A DNA stretch of 64,000 bases from assembly GCA_041650515.1 (NCBI GenBank), contig JBAZLA010000004.1:23748-87747 (forward strand), written 5' to 3'. The translations under genes and the position numbers were made by a program. The notes beneath the pieces were generated by a model. It had not been told where the DNA came from. It ran no database searches and saw nothing but the letters and a program-made list of their open reading frames with translations. Of the stretch, positions 1 through 8,195 are shown piece after piece; within the stretch, counting starts at the first letter, position 1, and every line of letters begins with the position of its first letter. The stretch comes from Patescibacteria group bacterium (lineage in GTDB: Bacteria; Patescibacteriota; Patescibacteriia; JACRDY01).

Positions 1-1359
1 GGGAAATTTATAACTCCGCGCGTCACCTTCAACGCCAACATTGCGAATCGGCAATAAGACCGCAAAAGCCATCCAAACTCTATTATACAAACCAGCCTTA
101 GCAATCTCTTCTTCAACAATATGACTAGCTTGACGGACAATTTCAGCCCGCTCAGGGGTGACTTCACCCACGATCCGAATACCCAGACCCGGCCCAGGAA
201 AAACGTGACGTCGGGCAATACTTTCGGGTAGGCCCAACTTCTTAGCAATATTACGCACCTCATCTTTATAAAAATCGCGCAATGGCTCATAGACCCGAAG
301 CTTCATATTTTTGGGTAAACCACCAACATTATGGTGCGATTTGATCGTCGAAGCATACTGGGTAATTCCGCTTTCGATCCGATCAGAATAAATTGTCCCC
401 TGGATCAACACTTTAGCCTTTTCTTTCTCGGCCACCCGGTCGAAAACTTCAATAAAGGTTCGGCCGATAATTTTGCGCTTTTTTTCTGGATCGGTAACAC
501 CCTTGAGAGCCTTAAAAAACTGATCACCGGCCCGAATTATTTTTAGATTCAAACGATATTTTTTAAAAACCTGCTCAATAAACTCGGTCTCACGATAACG
601 CATCAAACCAGTATCAACATAAACCGCCGTTAGCCGTTTACCAATCGCTTGATTAACTAAAATGGCCGCAGTGGATGAATCCACGCCACCAGACAAACCA
701 ATTACCGCTCGGCTAGTACCGATCTGCTGTTTAATTTCTTGAGTCAAATCTGTCAAAACATTCTCTACCCCCCAGCCTTTCTTAGCTCGACAGATCTTGA
801 GCGCAAAATTGCGCAAAATCTCTTGACCATGTGGTGTATGAGTTACCTCTGGATGAAATTGCAACCCGTAAATATTTTTAGCTACATTACCAAAAGCGGC
901 AATCTGACAATGGTTTGTTGAAGCTAGGGTCTGATAACCAGACGCTAACTTGGTCACCACGTCCCGGTGATTCATCCAAACAGGTTCGGTTGACTTCAGA
1001 CTGGATAAGACACTAACGCGCTTTTTAATCTTTAATTTGGTAATACCATATTCCCCGGCTTGGCCCGCCGTTACGATACCACCACTCAGATGGGCAATCA
1101 CCTGATGGCCGTAACAAATACCTAAAATTGGCACTCCTAATTCTAAAATATTCTGATGACCCTTGGGTGAAGTTTTATCAAAAACGGACAACCCGCCGCC
1201 AGAAAAAATGATCCCTTTTAGCCCAGAAATCTTTTCGAGCTCGCTGGCTGTGGTCCGCGCCGGAAGCACTTCTGAAAAAACCCCCAGGTCACGAATCCGT
1301 CGCGAAATTAGATGGCAGTATTGACCACCAAAATCTAAAACAATGATTTTATCCATATG
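1..1359 (-). CDS. guaA: GMP synthase (glutamine-hydrolysing), 3'-truncated at window edge
   Basis: Minus-strand ORF from ATG at 1357-1359 runs to position 1 without a stop. The translation starts MDKIIVLDFGGQYCHLISRRIRDLGV with ILGICYGHQ (class-I glutaminase domain), followed by the ATP-PPase motif SGGVDSS and a C-terminal ...GDARSYKFP. It is not in the ORF track because it is truncated. Confidence 0.85.
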
Positions 1360-1565
1360 ATTAATATTTAGCCCCATTATAAAGGATTTTGTAAAAACTG
1401 TCATCTGCTTCCCTTGCCCCGCTCGGAATGGAATCCACTAGGCCTACTCCATATGTCATCCCGAGCGGAGTCGAGGGATCTAATCTAAAGTACCAGCCAA
1501 AGTTTAATATTATTTTAGATTCCCCCATTCGCCCTACGAGCTCAGTCGGAATGACAATTAGCACT
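1360..1565 (-). promoter_or_regulatory. Structured 5' leader of guaA (nested hairpins; candidate riboswitch/attenuator, class not identified)
   Basis: The 200-nt untranslated gap between the rplL terminator and the guaA ATG has long-range complementarity tgtcattccga/tcgggatgaca. It also has internal hairpins (ccgctcgg...ccgagcgg; atgga..tccat around the palindrome taggccta). The 69-aa ORF 1361..1570 is probably spurious. Confidence 0.3.
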
Positions 1566-1597
1566 GACAAAAAAGCCCCGCAGTCGCGGGGCTTTTA
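1566..1597 (-). terminator. Rho-independent terminator after rplL
   Basis: GC hairpin gccccgc-agtc-gcggggc at 1575-1592, flanked by an A-run (5') and a T-run (3') on the plus strand. On the minus strand it lies immediately after the rplL stop. Confidence 0.6.
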
Positions 1598-1611
1598 CTA
1601 ACAAACGAAAT

Positions 1612-2013
1612 CTACTTTAAGGTCACTTTGCCGCCAGCTTCTTCAATCTTTTTCTTCATATTCTCAGCCTCAGCTTTGGCTACACCTTCTTTAATCATCT
1701 TGGGCGCACCATCAACTAGATCTTTGGCATCTTTTAGACCTAAAGCGGTAACTTCGCGAACGGCTTTGATCACGCCGATCTTGTTATCGCCAGAAGCAGC
1801 CAACTCAACATCAAAAGTGGTCTTTTCCTCAACCGCTTCAGCGCCAGCGGCTGGACCAGCCATCATCGCCACCGGAGCGGCGGCGGAAACACCAAATTTT
1901 TCTTCGAGGACTTTGACTAACTCAGCTAAGTCCAACACCGACATCTTCTCGATTTCGGCAACTAGGCTTTGGAATTTAGCTGGGACTTCAACTTGTTTTT
2001 GTTCGTCTGACAT
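1612..2013 (-). CDS. rplL: 50S ribosomal protein L7/L12
   Basis: 133 aa. Ala-rich hinge ([16 protein letters not shown]) and C-terminal domain [27 protein letters not shown]. Confidence 0.95.
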   Translation of the reverse strand: MSDEQKQVEVPAKFQSLVAEIEKMSVLDLAELVKVLEEKFGVSAAAPVAMMAGPAAGAEAVEEKTTFDVELAASGDNKIGVIKAVREVTALGLKDAKDLVDGAPKMIKEGVAKAEAENMKKKIEEAGGKVTLK

Positions 2014-2033
2014 AATTTTAACATTATTATTAA

Positions 2034-2558
2034 TTATTGTTTTTTATCTTGAATCGCTTTTAGAGCATAAACCAAATTGCGTGGCACACCCTGTAAAACA
2101 TTAGCCAAACCAGATAGAGGGGCCTTAATACTACCAACCATCTTGGCTAATAGCTCCAACTTAGATGGCAATTTAGCCAAACTATTGACCACCGCTGCAT
2201 CAACAAATTTATTTTCCAAAATACCACCGTTAATCTTTAAAGCCTGGTGATTTTTGGCAAAAGTAGCCAAAAGTTTAGCTGGTGCTACTTCATCCTCATA
2301 GCCAACCACTGTGGCGATACCACCATCGATTGTCTTAGGGTCAACATTCTTTAGATCAACTTCCTTAAAGGCTCGCCCCAAAAGGGTTTTTTTAGCTACC
2401 ACATAGTCAATTTTTTCTTGACGACAAAGCTTCCGCAACTCATCGATCTCTTTGACTTTTAAACCATCAAAATTGGCAAAAACCGCTGCCTTCATCTTCT
2501 TTAAGATAGCCGCGATTTCACTAACAGCTTTTTCCTTTTGTTGTCTACTTTTAGCCAT
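2034..2558 (-). CDS. rplJ: 50S ribosomal protein L10
   Basis: 174 aa. Lies immediately upstream of rplL (classic rplJL operon) with an L10-like sequence. Confidence 0.9.
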   Translation of the reverse strand: MAKSRQQKEKAVSEIAAILKKMKAAVFANFDGLKVKEIDELRKLCRQEKIDYVVAKKTLLGRAFKEVDLKNVDPKTIDGGIATVVGYEDEVAPAKLLATFAKNHQALKINGGILENKFVDAAVVNSLAKLPSKLELLAKMVGSIKAPLSGLANVLQGVPRNLVYALKAIQDKKQ

Positions 2559-2700
2559 ATTTTATTAAAATTAATTATTAAACAAAAACGGCAATAATGC
2601 CGTAGAAATAAGCCAAAAATGGCTAAATATACCTACACGGGTCTTATTGTTCGCCCGTGGTCTACGGCTAAGATAGCGTCAGTATAGCAGACAGCTAGCT
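2559..2700 (-). promoter_or_regulatory. Candidate rplJ (L10) autoregulatory leader / promoter region
   Basis: 140-nt untranslated leader upstream of rplJ with the hairpin acggca-ataa-tgccgt. The position matches the known L10 leader. The structure was not verified. Confidence 0.3.
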
Positions 2701-2761
2701 CTTGTCAAGTAAAAAACCCGCCGTCCTGGTGGCGACGGGTCATCAACCACTACTACTCTAG

Positions 2762-2998
2762 CTAAGTTTTCTTGAGTATAACCGCTGGAAAAAACTCCCA
2801 ACAGCCAAGACAAAACTTAGCCCAAGTGATGATTCTCTCCAGAAAATCCGGGTTGAGCTCCACGGCTAGCTTAATAACCAGGCTATTATCCTGGCAGCTG
2901 ACCGCGAGGGTGTAGCTCTCGATATTGAGAATCAAAAGTAGCACCAATTGGCACAACACCAACAAGACTATCAAGGTGGTGCAAAGATTCCGCTTCAT
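2762..2998 (-). CDS. Hypothetical small membrane protein
   Basis: 78-aa ORF with a hydrophobic N-terminus (TLIVLLVLCQLVLLLILNI). A weak hairpin plus T-run follows at 2712-2745 on the minus strand. Confidence 0.3.
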   Translation of the reverse strand: MKRNLCTTLIVLLVLCQLVLLLILNIESYTLAVSCQDNSLVIKLAVELNPDFLERIITWAKFCLGCWEFFPAVILKKT

Positions 2999-3441
2999 GG
3001 CTCCCCTCCTGGTGATATTTGTTAACGAACTAAAACGCCCAACTGTCTCAAGCTGGGCATCTTTGGGGAACCAATATCAAATAATCTAACCTCGCAGTAA
3101 TAACCAACCCATAAAAATGCCGAGCTTGAAACAGGCAGCCGCCACCAAGACATGCTTGGGGCGCAAAGACAGCCGGCTTTTGGACAAAGCTTTTTCTTGG
3201 GCTAATAAATTTTGATCATCAAATATCATCATATGGATACTCTTCTATTCTTTTAGACGAACTAACAGCCAAAATGTTACAAAAAAACACCCCTTACTAT
3301 TTGAGATGTCCTTTTGGTGAAACACCGTAGAGGAAGTTAGAACTATTATTCAAAGACAAAATAAATATATTTATATACCAAACTTAGTGGCACGGTTTAA
3401 GTAAATTTGTAGAAAACTGTTCTATCCCGTTTGTTCACTGC

Positions 3442-4626
3442 TTAATTCTGATACTTATCTTTTAACAAAATGTAAGGACATAAACTTTTACACCGACCGC
3501 ATTCATCAGCCGAAATCTTTTTCACGTCCGAAAACAATCCTTGAGAGACAATGCAAGTACTATATTTACCCCGTAAATGATTGACCTCTTCTTCCAAAGG
3601 TAATTTATGAGAAAACTTAGCAATATTAACACTATGTGCAGCTATTCTAGCGGCTTTGTAGCCTTCAACTACATTGTCTAAACTGGGGACTCCACCGGTA
3701 TGTTCTGATCTAGTCACGGAAACAATCATATGGGCATATCCCCTATAAGCCATATAAGCGCTACCTATGGCTGAAGCGATATGATCTTCGCCGCTAGCTG
3801 CATCTGTTGTAACTGGGCCTAGTGGTATTATAGGCGTCTGTTGTTTAAAAAATAACTTACAAAAACCATCTATTTTATCAAGAGAAGCGTGAGACACGCC
3901 TTCACGTACCACCTTCAACCCTTTTTTATTTGCGGCTTTAATATATTTTTCTTGCAATTTAAATTCTTCTAACGCAATCTCATCTAAACATTCACTTGCT
4001 GTTGCCCCTCTGAATGTTAAAGCCAAACTGACTGCTACGTCGTATCTTTTTAATACACTAATTATTCTATCAAAATATATCGAGGGTACGCTTGTATCAC
4101 GATTATTTATATACATATCTTTTATTACGCACGCCCCGCCCCTGCTAGTGACCGGCACTAGCCTTTTCCTCTTGGCTTTCTCATAAAGTTTTTTTGTAGC
4201 CGTAGGATGCAACACCATTAGTGAAACCCTAGCTTTGGCCTGATTCTCAATTTCTTTTAAAAAATTTTCGGGGCTTATACCTTTTTTGTCATCAAAGCAG
4301 GAATACACAGGGACAGTCGCAACCGGTCCATCAAAAATTTTAATTATGCCTTTATATAAAGGATTTGCTAATTGAACTGTACTTAAATCATAAATGACAT
4401 CCGGTCTAGTTTTTAATTTTACCAAAGCCCTTACTTTGTCCAATTCCCCCTGATAGTTGACGCTTTCGTTTAAACCTATTTGAGTACCAACTTTTATCAA
4501 GGAATTATGACCGATATAAACATCCTGTTTTCTACCATTCAAAATTATACCCCGTTTACTTTTTAATAAATGATTCAGCTGACTTTTACTCAAAATGTTT
4601 AATCTGATTTCTTCAATGCTATGCAT
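3442..4626 (-). CDS. ThiC-family protein (phosphomethylpyrimidine synthase-like radical SAM enzyme)
   Basis: 394 aa. The core GPVTTDAASGEDHIASAIGSAYMAYRGYAHMIVSVTRSEH matches the ThiC signature GPLxTDxAPGYDHITSAIGAA. The C-terminal C-x2-C-x4-C motif (CGRCKSLCP) is a ThiC-type cluster ligand. No TPP riboswitch is recognisable upstream. Confidence 0.65.
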   Translation of the reverse strand: MHSIEEIRLNILSKSQLNHLLKSKRGIILNGRKQDVYIGHNSLIKVGTQIGLNESVNYQGELDKVRALVKLKTRPDVIYDLSTVQLANPLYKGIIKIFDGPVATVPVYSCFDDKKGISPENFLKEIENQAKARVSLMVLHPTATKKLYEKAKRKRLVPVTSRGGACVIKDMYINNRDTSVPSIYFDRIISVLKRYDVAVSLALTFRGATASECLDEIALEEFKLQEKYIKAANKKGLKVVREGVSHASLDKIDGFCKLFFKQQTPIIPLGPVTTDAASGEDHIASAIGSAYMAYRGYAHMIVSVTRSEHTGGVPSLDNVVEGYKAARIAAHSVNIAKFSHKLPLEEEVNHLRGKYSTCIVSQGLFSDVKKISADECGRCKSLCPYILLKDKYQN

Positions 4627-4704
4627 ATAATATAAATTTACCTCTATTATTAACTATCAAATTTTAGCATATTCAGTAACTTAGTTCTAGCGTCATTCCC
4701 GCCT

Positions 4705-4740
4705 ACATAAAAAACCCCTTAAAATAAAGAGGTTTTTTAC
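4705..4740 (-). terminator. Hairpin + T-run terminating the minus-strand tRNA/tRNA-like RNA cluster
   Basis: Hairpin aacccctt-aaaataa-agaggtt with U-runs on both strands, located 3' of the RNA cluster on the minus strand. Confidence 0.4.
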
Positions 4741-4843
4741 AATGGGCCGGCCGGCCCGCCTCCGTCCGCAACGGCGGATTACGACGGGTAAAGATTCTAC
4801 CTCGGCGCTTTGCGCCTCGCTTCTGCCCGTATAAATCCCTCCA
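4741..4843 (-). repeat. GC-rich tRNA-like unit C ending in a copy of the tRNA-Tyr 3' terminus (..CCGGCCCA)
   Basis: 103-nt GC-rich block in an AT-rich genome. The minus-strand 3' end GGGCCGGCCGGCCCA repeats the last 8 nt of tRNA-Tyr. Internal stem-loops: gcgaggcgc-aaa-gcgccgagg and ccgccgttgcggacgg. Confidence 0.3.
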
Positions 4844-4881
4844 AATGAAAAAATCCTGCCAAAAAGCAAGATTTTTTCATT
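4844..4881 (-). repeat. AT-rich spacer hairpin between tRNA-like units
   Basis: aatgaaaaaatcctgc caaaaa gcaagattttttcatt: near-perfect 15-bp stem. Confidence 0.5.
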
Positions 4882-4957
4882 TGGGCCGGGAGGGATTCAC
4901 CTCGCTCCGCTCGCCCTGGGTCCGCCCGCGGCGGACCCGTGCAAATCCCACATCCAG
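4882..4957 (-). ncRNA. tRNA-like unit A (tmRNA-like 5' motif; 3' end identical to the last 13 nt of tRNA-Tyr)
   Basis: Minus strand reads GAUUCUGGAUGUGGGAUUUGCAC-GGGUCCGCC-GCG-GGCGGACCC-AGGGCGAGCGGAGCGAGGUGAAUCCCUCCCGGCCCA. The perfect 9-bp GC hairpin is shared with unit B (39621-39645). Its 3' end CCCTCCCGGCCCA equals the tRNA-Tyr T-stem/acceptor 3' end. GAUUCUGGAU and GGGAUUUGC resemble the E. coli tmRNA 5' region (quoted from memory). Confidence 0.3.
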
Positions 4958-4998
4958 AATCAAAAAATTCTTAGACAAATACTAAGAATTTTTTGATA
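4958..4998 (-). repeat. Perfect 16-bp AT hairpin between tRNA-Tyr and unit A
   Basis: atcaaaaaattcttag-acaaata-ctaagaattttttgat. Confidence 0.6.
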
Positions 4999-5081
4999 TG
5001 GGCCGGGAGGGATTTGCACCCCCGAAGGCGTAAGCCAGCTGATTTACAGTCAGCCCCGTTTGACTGCTTCGGTACCGACCC
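4999..5081 (-). tRNA. tRNA-Tyr (anticodon GTA), type II long variable arm, CCA not encoded
   Basis: Minus strand: GGGTCGG UA CCGAAGCAGUCAAACGG G GCUGA CUGUAAA UCAGC UGGCUUACGCCUUC GGGGG UGCAAAU CCCUC CCGGCCC A. Acceptor 7 bp (one G.U). Anticodon stem 5 bp with a U-GUA-A loop. Long variable arm and T-arm present. Confidence 0.8.
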
Positions 5082-5082
5082 G

Positions 5083-5158
5083 TGGAGCCGCCACCGGGAA
5101 TCGAACCCGGGACCCCATCCTTACCATGGATGTGCTCTACCAACTGAGCTACAGCGGC
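5083..5158 (-). tRNA. tRNA-Thr (anticodon GGT), CCA encoded
   Basis: Minus strand: GCCGCUG UA GCUC AGUUGGUA GAGC A CAUCC AUGGUAA GGAUG GGGUC CCGGG UUCGAUU CCCGG UGGCGGC U CCA. Canonical cloverleaf, 1 nt upstream of tRNA-Tyr. Confidence 0.9.
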
Positions 5159-5172
5159 AAATCTATAAAAAT

Positions 5173-6066
5173 TTAGCTTAACTGATCAAGCCGATCTTGA
5201 AACTCGGCGAGCTTATGGTTATCTTGATTAACCGAACATAATTTCTGGAAAGTCTCTTCAGCTAATTCTTTCTTGTGCAGTATTATACTTAAATCTAAGA
5301 GAAGGTCAAGATAACGCGGATTATTTGGTTCTAGGCCAACCGCTTTCTGTAAACAATCTACTGCCTTTTCCTCTTCGCTGGTTCCCCGATAAACCTCAGC
5401 TAAATCAGCATAATGCACCGCTGCCTGCGAATCTAATTCAACCGATTTTAGCTGACAAGCTTTGGCTTTTTCTAAGTCACCCTGAGAAAAAGCAATATTA
5501 CCCAAATGCGAATAAGCTTCATAGCTATCAGCATTAAGCTTAATAATATATTCAAAAGTTTCTCGAGCTTCATCTAAACGTCCTTCCGCTAGATACAACT
5601 CACCCAACCCCTCGTAAGCTTCTAGATCCTTAGGATCAAGAGCAATCGCGTCAATAAATTTTTTCTCCGCCTCTTCGGGTTTATCCTTATCTAACAACGC
5701 TTCGCCTTCTTTGACCAAAACATCCGTTTTGGCATCTAAAGTTTGCCGCTCCTTAAGTGTCCGCGGCTCAATCTTTTTACGGTATCTACGTTCTAATTCT
5801 AAAGTTTGATAATAAACTTTTTTGGACAACTCGCTAGCTTTTTTACCGTATGGCTTAAGCCAGTCAAAAATTTTCTTACTTTTTGCCAAAACGTTACGCT
5901 GCAGTTTTTCTCTGACAATTCGATCCTTAGTCTTCTCATCTTTGGCCTCTGGTATTGTCTCAACATCGATATTTTTAAGCTGTGGGAATTTTTTAACAAC
6001 AATAAAAATTATAATAACTAAAGCAATAATAATTATTCCTAGGGCGATAATGTTATAAATCATCAT
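5173..6066 (-). CDS. Membrane-anchored TPR-repeat protein
   Basis: 297 aa. N-terminal TM helix (IIALGIIIIALVIIIFIVV). TPR-like repeats (AYEGLGELYLAEGRLDEA; AYSHLGNIAFSQGDLEKA; VHYADLAEVY). Confidence 0.55.
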   Translation of the reverse strand: MMIYNIIALGIIIIALVIIIFIVVKKFPQLKNIDVETIPEAKDEKTKDRIVREKLQRNVLAKSKKIFDWLKPYGKKASELSKKVYYQTLELERRYRKKIEPRTLKERQTLDAKTDVLVKEGEALLDKDKPEEAEKKFIDAIALDPKDLEAYEGLGELYLAEGRLDEARETFEYIIKLNADSYEAYSHLGNIAFSQGDLEKAKACQLKSVELDSQAAVHYADLAEVYRGTSEEEKAVDCLQKAVGLEPNNPRYLDLLLDLSIILHKKELAEETFQKLCSVNQDNHKLAEFQDRLDQLS

Positions 6067-6069
6067 AAA

Positions 6070-6831
6070 CTAATCGACTTGATTAATTAGTTCTTTAAAA
6101 TCGTCGATCCTAGTACTAGCCGCGCCGACCAAGAACCCAGTGACATCTTCGAGAGCCAAAAAATTTTTAATTGTTTGACTATTAACCGTTCCACCGTAAA
6201 TAACCCTAAAATATTTACGAACGATTTCTAAACCGCAGATATCAACCAGCAAATGCTTAATAACAGCGCAGCGCGATCTAATCTCCTGAGGTGCCACCTC
6301 GTGGCGATCGCTACTTGTACTGATTGTCCAGAAAGGCTCATAGCAAAAAAACATTTGACCGGGCATAATATTACTAATCCCACCAAAAACCGCCTTAATC
6401 TGTTGCTCTAAAACCGCCTCGGCTTTGCCCTGGCTCCGCTCTTCCCAGCTCTCACCGATACAAACAACCGGCGTTAAGCCTTGCTCTAGAGCGGCCACAA
6501 CCTTTTTGTTAATCAATGAGTAATCTTCATTAAAATAAATCTTCCGTTCTGAATGACCCAAAATGACATACTGACAACCAACTTCCTTGAGCATCGCCGC
6601 TGACACCTCGCCGGTATAAGCTCCTTTGGCTGCGCTAGCGACATTCTGGGCACCAAGCTTAACTCCTGACCAATGTAGAATGCGACTAACCTTGTCTAAA
6701 GCAGTATAAGAAGGACAGATCACTAATTCGACTGATTTCGACCGGATTTTCTTTATTTTTTTGGCTAAAATAACACTTTCTTTAAGTGTTAAATTCATTT
6801 TCCAATTAGCAATAATAGTCTTTTGAGCCAT
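6070..6831 (-). CDS. tpiA: Triosephosphate isomerase
   Basis: 253 aa. IANWKMN near the N-terminus, the GHSERR-type motif ILGHSERK, and the catalytic region YEPFWTI. Confidence 0.8.
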   Translation of the reverse strand: MAQKTIIANWKMNLTLKESVILAKKIKKIRSKSVELVICPSYTALDKVSRILHWSGVKLGAQNVASAAKGAYTGEVSAAMLKEVGCQYVILGHSERKIYFNEDYSLINKKVVAALEQGLTPVVCIGESWEERSQGKAEAVLEQQIKAVFGGISNIMPGQMFFCYEPFWTISTSSDRHEVAPQEIRSRCAVIKHLLVDICGLEIVRKYFRVIYGGTVNSQTIKNFLALEDVTGFLVGAASTRIDDFKELINQVD

Positions 6832-6852
6832 ATTGTGCTTTTCTATAATACA

Positions 6853-8115
6853 CTACTTGGCGACAACTTTCAACGATCCTAAATCTTTAACTGGACCAAC
6901 CACCGCCAAGCTTAGCCGCTGATTCTGGCAAATCTGTTGCGCCACTTTTTGAATATCACCCGATTTGACCGCAAAAAGTTTTCTGATTTTTTCTTCGGGG
7001 GTTACTATCTTCCTGGTCAGTAGCTGTTGTCTAACATACCACTGAGCCAGATTAATTGAGTCTTCCATCTCAATTGCCACTTTGCCTTTAAAAAACTCCT
7101 GGGCTCGTTTTAATTCTTCCTGGGTGACCCCGTCTTTTTTAATTTTTTCCACCTCGTTTAGGATCAAATTAATCGCCTCAGCAGAGCGTTGTTTATCTAA
7201 ACCAGCTTGAATTAAAAGACAACCAGTATCTTGATAGACATTATTAACTGCTCGAACATAATAAGCCAAACTTTGCTCGCCGCGAATTTTGATAAATAAA
7301 CGCGAGCTCATACTACCACCCAGAATTGTTGCTAATAAATAGGCGGCATATACTTCCGGCTGTTCATAACTAAAGGCCGGCCAACCCAGCGCGACTTGCA
7401 CTTGTTCAGTTTGCTTAAATATAATTTTTGACCGCCTAATTTTTTGGTTTGACTCAAACTGATCATAGTTTATTTTTTTTGTCCGAACACCAGGCGTTAA
7501 AAAATATTTTTTAATTTGATTCAAATAGCCCCGAGGCAGATTACCAACTAAACCCAAAACCATATTTTGAGGTTGATAAAATCTGTCACGATAAGCTAGT
7601 AGCTTTTGTCGGCTCATCGCTTTGATATTCTGACGATTGCCAATCACTAGATAGCCTAATTTGTTATTCTGAAAAATTAACTGCTCAACTAAGTCTTCAA
7701 CGTACATCAACGGATTATCCTCGTACATATTGATTTCCTCAATAATAACCGGTTTTTCTTTATCAATTTCGACCGGTTTAAACTGAGAATGCCAAATAAT
7801 ATCCGCTAACCAATCTAGAGCTAACGTTAATTTATCTGCATTAATCTTAATATAATAACCCGTATGGTCTTTAGCAGTAAAAGCATTATAATCAGCGCCC
7901 ACCGCATCAAGAGCCTGAGAGATAATCATAGTGGACGGCCGACTGTCGGTGCCCTTAAACATCATGTGCTCAATAAAATGGGAAATACCATTAATCTTGG
8001 CGGCCTCATAGCGTGAACCGACCTTAACCAACAACAAAACACTGATAATCTTCGTCTCTTTTAATGACGCTGTAATTAGGGTTAACCCATTTTTTAGGGT
8101 TTGTTTTTTATACAT
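6853..8115 (-). CDS. M16-family (insulinase-like) zinc peptidase
   Basis: 420 aa. Inverted zinc motif HFIEHMMFKGT (HxxEH) near the N-terminus. Confidence 0.8.
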   Translation of the reverse strand: MYKKQTLKNGLTLITASLKETKIISVLLLVKVGSRYEAAKINGISHFIEHMMFKGTDSRPSTMIISQALDAVGADYNAFTAKDHTGYYIKINADKLTLALDWLADIIWHSQFKPVEIDKEKPVIIEEINMYEDNPLMYVEDLVEQLIFQNNKLGYLVIGNRQNIKAMSRQKLLAYRDRFYQPQNMVLGLVGNLPRGYLNQIKKYFLTPGVRTKKINYDQFESNQKIRRSKIIFKQTEQVQVALGWPAFSYEQPEVYAAYLLATILGGSMSSRLFIKIRGEQSLAYYVRAVNNVYQDTGCLLIQAGLDKQRSAEAINLILNEVEKIKKDGVTQEELKRAQEFFKGKVAIEMEDSINLAQWYVRQQLLTRKIVTPEEKIRKLFAVKSGDIQKVAQQICQNQRLSLAVVGPVKDLGSLKVVAK

Positions 8116-8195
8116 AAATTAATAGTTATAAGTTACAAGCAACAAGTTAAAAATAACTCCTATTACTTACTACTTTCAACTTATTGCTTTATTAT

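Noticed and set aside
1360-1565. Guanine riboswitch upstream of guaA
   Set aside because: The element is structured, but the UAUA...CCGACUAUG-type purine core is not recognisable. Kept only as an unclassified leader.
1628-2104. 158-aa plus-strand ORF antisense to rplL/rplJ
   Set aside because: It lies entirely within well-supported ribosomal protein genes on the opposite strand and has a low-complexity Ala/Ser-rich translation. Typical antisense artefact.
4627-4740. Possible TPP riboswitch upstream of the ThiC-like gene
   Set aside because: No CUGAGA/ACCUGAUCUGGAUAAUGCCAGCG-like core could be found by eye. The region is an AT-rich spacer plus one terminator hairpin.
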